Shown here: piece by piece, positions 48,537 to 49,452 of the stretch
Layout of the letters: the number at the start of each line of letters is the position of its first letter
Numbering within the stretch: the stretch's first letter is position 1
Assembly (NCBI GenBank): GCA_964436745.1
Contig: CAYTEC010000002.1
Location: 6,287-55,738, forward strand
Source of the DNA: an uncultured Dehalococcoidia bacterium
GTDB taxonomy: Bacteria > Chloroflexota > Dehalococcoidia > Lucifugimonadales > UBA1127
Reading direction: 5' to 3'
DNA length: 49,452 nucleotides
Notes under the pieces: generated by a model
Told to the model about the DNA's origin: nothing
The model's input: the letters and a program-made list of their open reading frames with translations, nothing else
Databases searched by the model: none
Translations under genes and position numbers: made by a program

Positions 48537-48565
48537 TTGTCGCGGGCCGGGATGGGGGATATACT
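48537..48565 (+). promoter_or_regulatory. Sigma70 promoter of the DUF4395 leader
   Basis: TTGTCG-N17-TATACT. Confidence 0.7.
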
Positions 48566-48574
48566 GGATTCGTT

Positions 48575-48631
48575 ATGTTGCTGACACCACTGTGCGCCTG
48601 TACGTGTGACCAAGGGAAGGCTATCGCGTAG
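48575..48631 (+). CDS. Putative near-leaderless Cys-containing leader peptide MLLTPLCACTCDQGKAIA
   Basis: ATG 9 nt after the -10 box. Cys codons at 48593, 48599 and 48605. TAG at 48629-48631. Confidence 0.5.
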   Translation: MLLTPLCACTCDQGKAIA

Positions 48632-48662
48632 CCCGGTTCGCAACGTGCCGCAACCGCGAATC

Positions 48663-48696
48663 GACCCTCCGTCAGCACATATCGGGGGGTCTTTTT
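48663..48696 (+). terminator. Intrinsic terminator inside the 5' leader of the DUF4395 gene (attenuator)
   Basis: GACCCTCCG-N11-CGGGGGGTC followed by TTTTT, about 25 nt before the DUF4395 start. Confidence 0.75.
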
Positions 48697-48721
48697 CATG
48701 CACGGTGCGCCAGGAGGAACG

Positions 48722-49282
48722 ATGAGCATTGACTCCAGCCCTGCAACGGTCGGTGCCCCGGCGGGCGGCGGCTTTCTGCGAGAGGTGTTCAGCTTCCCTC
48801 ACCCCGTGAACGAGTACGCGGCTCGCATGGTCGCGGGGATGGTGATGGCGCTGGCGCTGACCATCATCGTGTTCGACGTGCGGTGGCTCACGGCGGTCCT
48901 GGCATACGGGTTCCTGGCGCGCGTCCTCACCGGGCCCACCCTGAGCCCGATGGGCCTGCTGGCCACTCGCGTACTGGTGCCCCTGATCGGCAACCGGGAG
49001 AAGCCCGCGGCGGGGCCGCCCAAGCGGTTCGCGCAGACCATCGGCCTGCTCTTCTCGGGGAGCGCGCTGGCTCTCACGTACGGGTTCGGACTGCCGCAGG
49101 TTTCGGAGATCGTCTTGGGCGTACTGGTGCTCTTCGCTGGACTGGAGTCGATCCTGGCGTTCTGCGCCGGCTGCTTCGTGTTCGGCTACCTGATGCGGTG
49201 GGGCCTGGTGCCGGAGGACGTCTGCGAGCGCTGCGCCAACTGGTCCCCGGGGCAGACCCCCTCCGCCAGCGGCGCTCACTGA
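48722..49282 (+). CDS. DUF4395 family membrane protein
   Basis: FSFPHPVNEYAARMVAG, GPTLSPMG, GPPKRFAQTIG, LESILAFCAGC, PEDVCERC. AGGAGG RBS. Confidence 0.88.
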   Translation: MSIDSSPATVGAPAGGGFLREVFSFPHPVNEYAARMVAGMVMALALTIIVFDVRWLTAVLAYGFLARVLTGPTLSPMGLLATRVLVPLIGNREKPAAGPPKRFAQTIGLLFSGSALALTYGFGLPQVSEIVLGVLVLFAGLESILAFCAGCFVFGYLMRWGLVPEDVCERCANWSPGQTPSASGAH

Positions 49283-49300
49283 GGTGGCGGCGGGCCCCTG

Positions 49301-49363
49301 CCGTTCGTGGTGAGCCGTTCGTCTTTCCTCTCGGCAAGGATCAGGACAGGCTTGTCAAACCAC
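49301..49363. repeat. CCGTTCG-tagged REP-like palindrome with internal insertion
   Basis: CCGTTCGTGGTGAGC..CTTGTCAAACCAC matches the 22659/22733 unit but is interrupted by CGTTCGTCTTTCC..TCAGGACAG. Confidence 0.65.
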
Positions 49364-49452
49364 TGAGGCTCGACGCGGACGGCCCGACGAGAGCGCTGGC
49401 GTTCTTCGGGCGCTGAAGGGACCCTGGGCTGCGCAGAGCGATGTTCGGTCTG

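Overview
GC-rich bacterial chromosomal window. The gene content (LLM oxidoreductase, paired family III CoA-transferases, TrpB2, long two-domain ThyX, DUF5679, CCGTTCG-type palindromic repeats) suggests Chloroflexota/Dehalococcoidia (SAR202-like); this is an inference. Housekeeping genes are class II ribonucleotide reductase nrdJ, family 5 UDG, tRNA-Asp(GTC), thyX, sfsA, an HhH-GPD glycosylase and ccdA. Accessory blocks are: an orphan anaerobic-sulfatase-maturase-type radical SAM gene; a four-gene operon with a tandem PCP_red-domain protein and three heme-synthesis-type radical SAM/SPASM enzymes; an AT-richer serine hydrolase insert; a minus-strand redox block (Rex/CRP-like site, PAS-LuxR, BldC-like HTH, C-GCAxxG-C-C protein, two-subunit PFOR-type oxidoreductase); an ABC-2 exporter; and an MFS/hydrolase/TM0106-like nuclease operon. 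Several genes are disrupted. The best novel leads are (i) a promoter, Cys-containing leader peptide and terminator forming an attenuator/riboswitch-like leader upstream of a DUF4395 gene, (ii) the PCP_red plus triple radical SAM operon, (iii) two families of intergenic repeats, and (iv) small ORFs below the ORF-track size cutoff. No CRISPR array, rRNA or transposase was seen. All family assignments come from motif recognition by eye, not from database searches.
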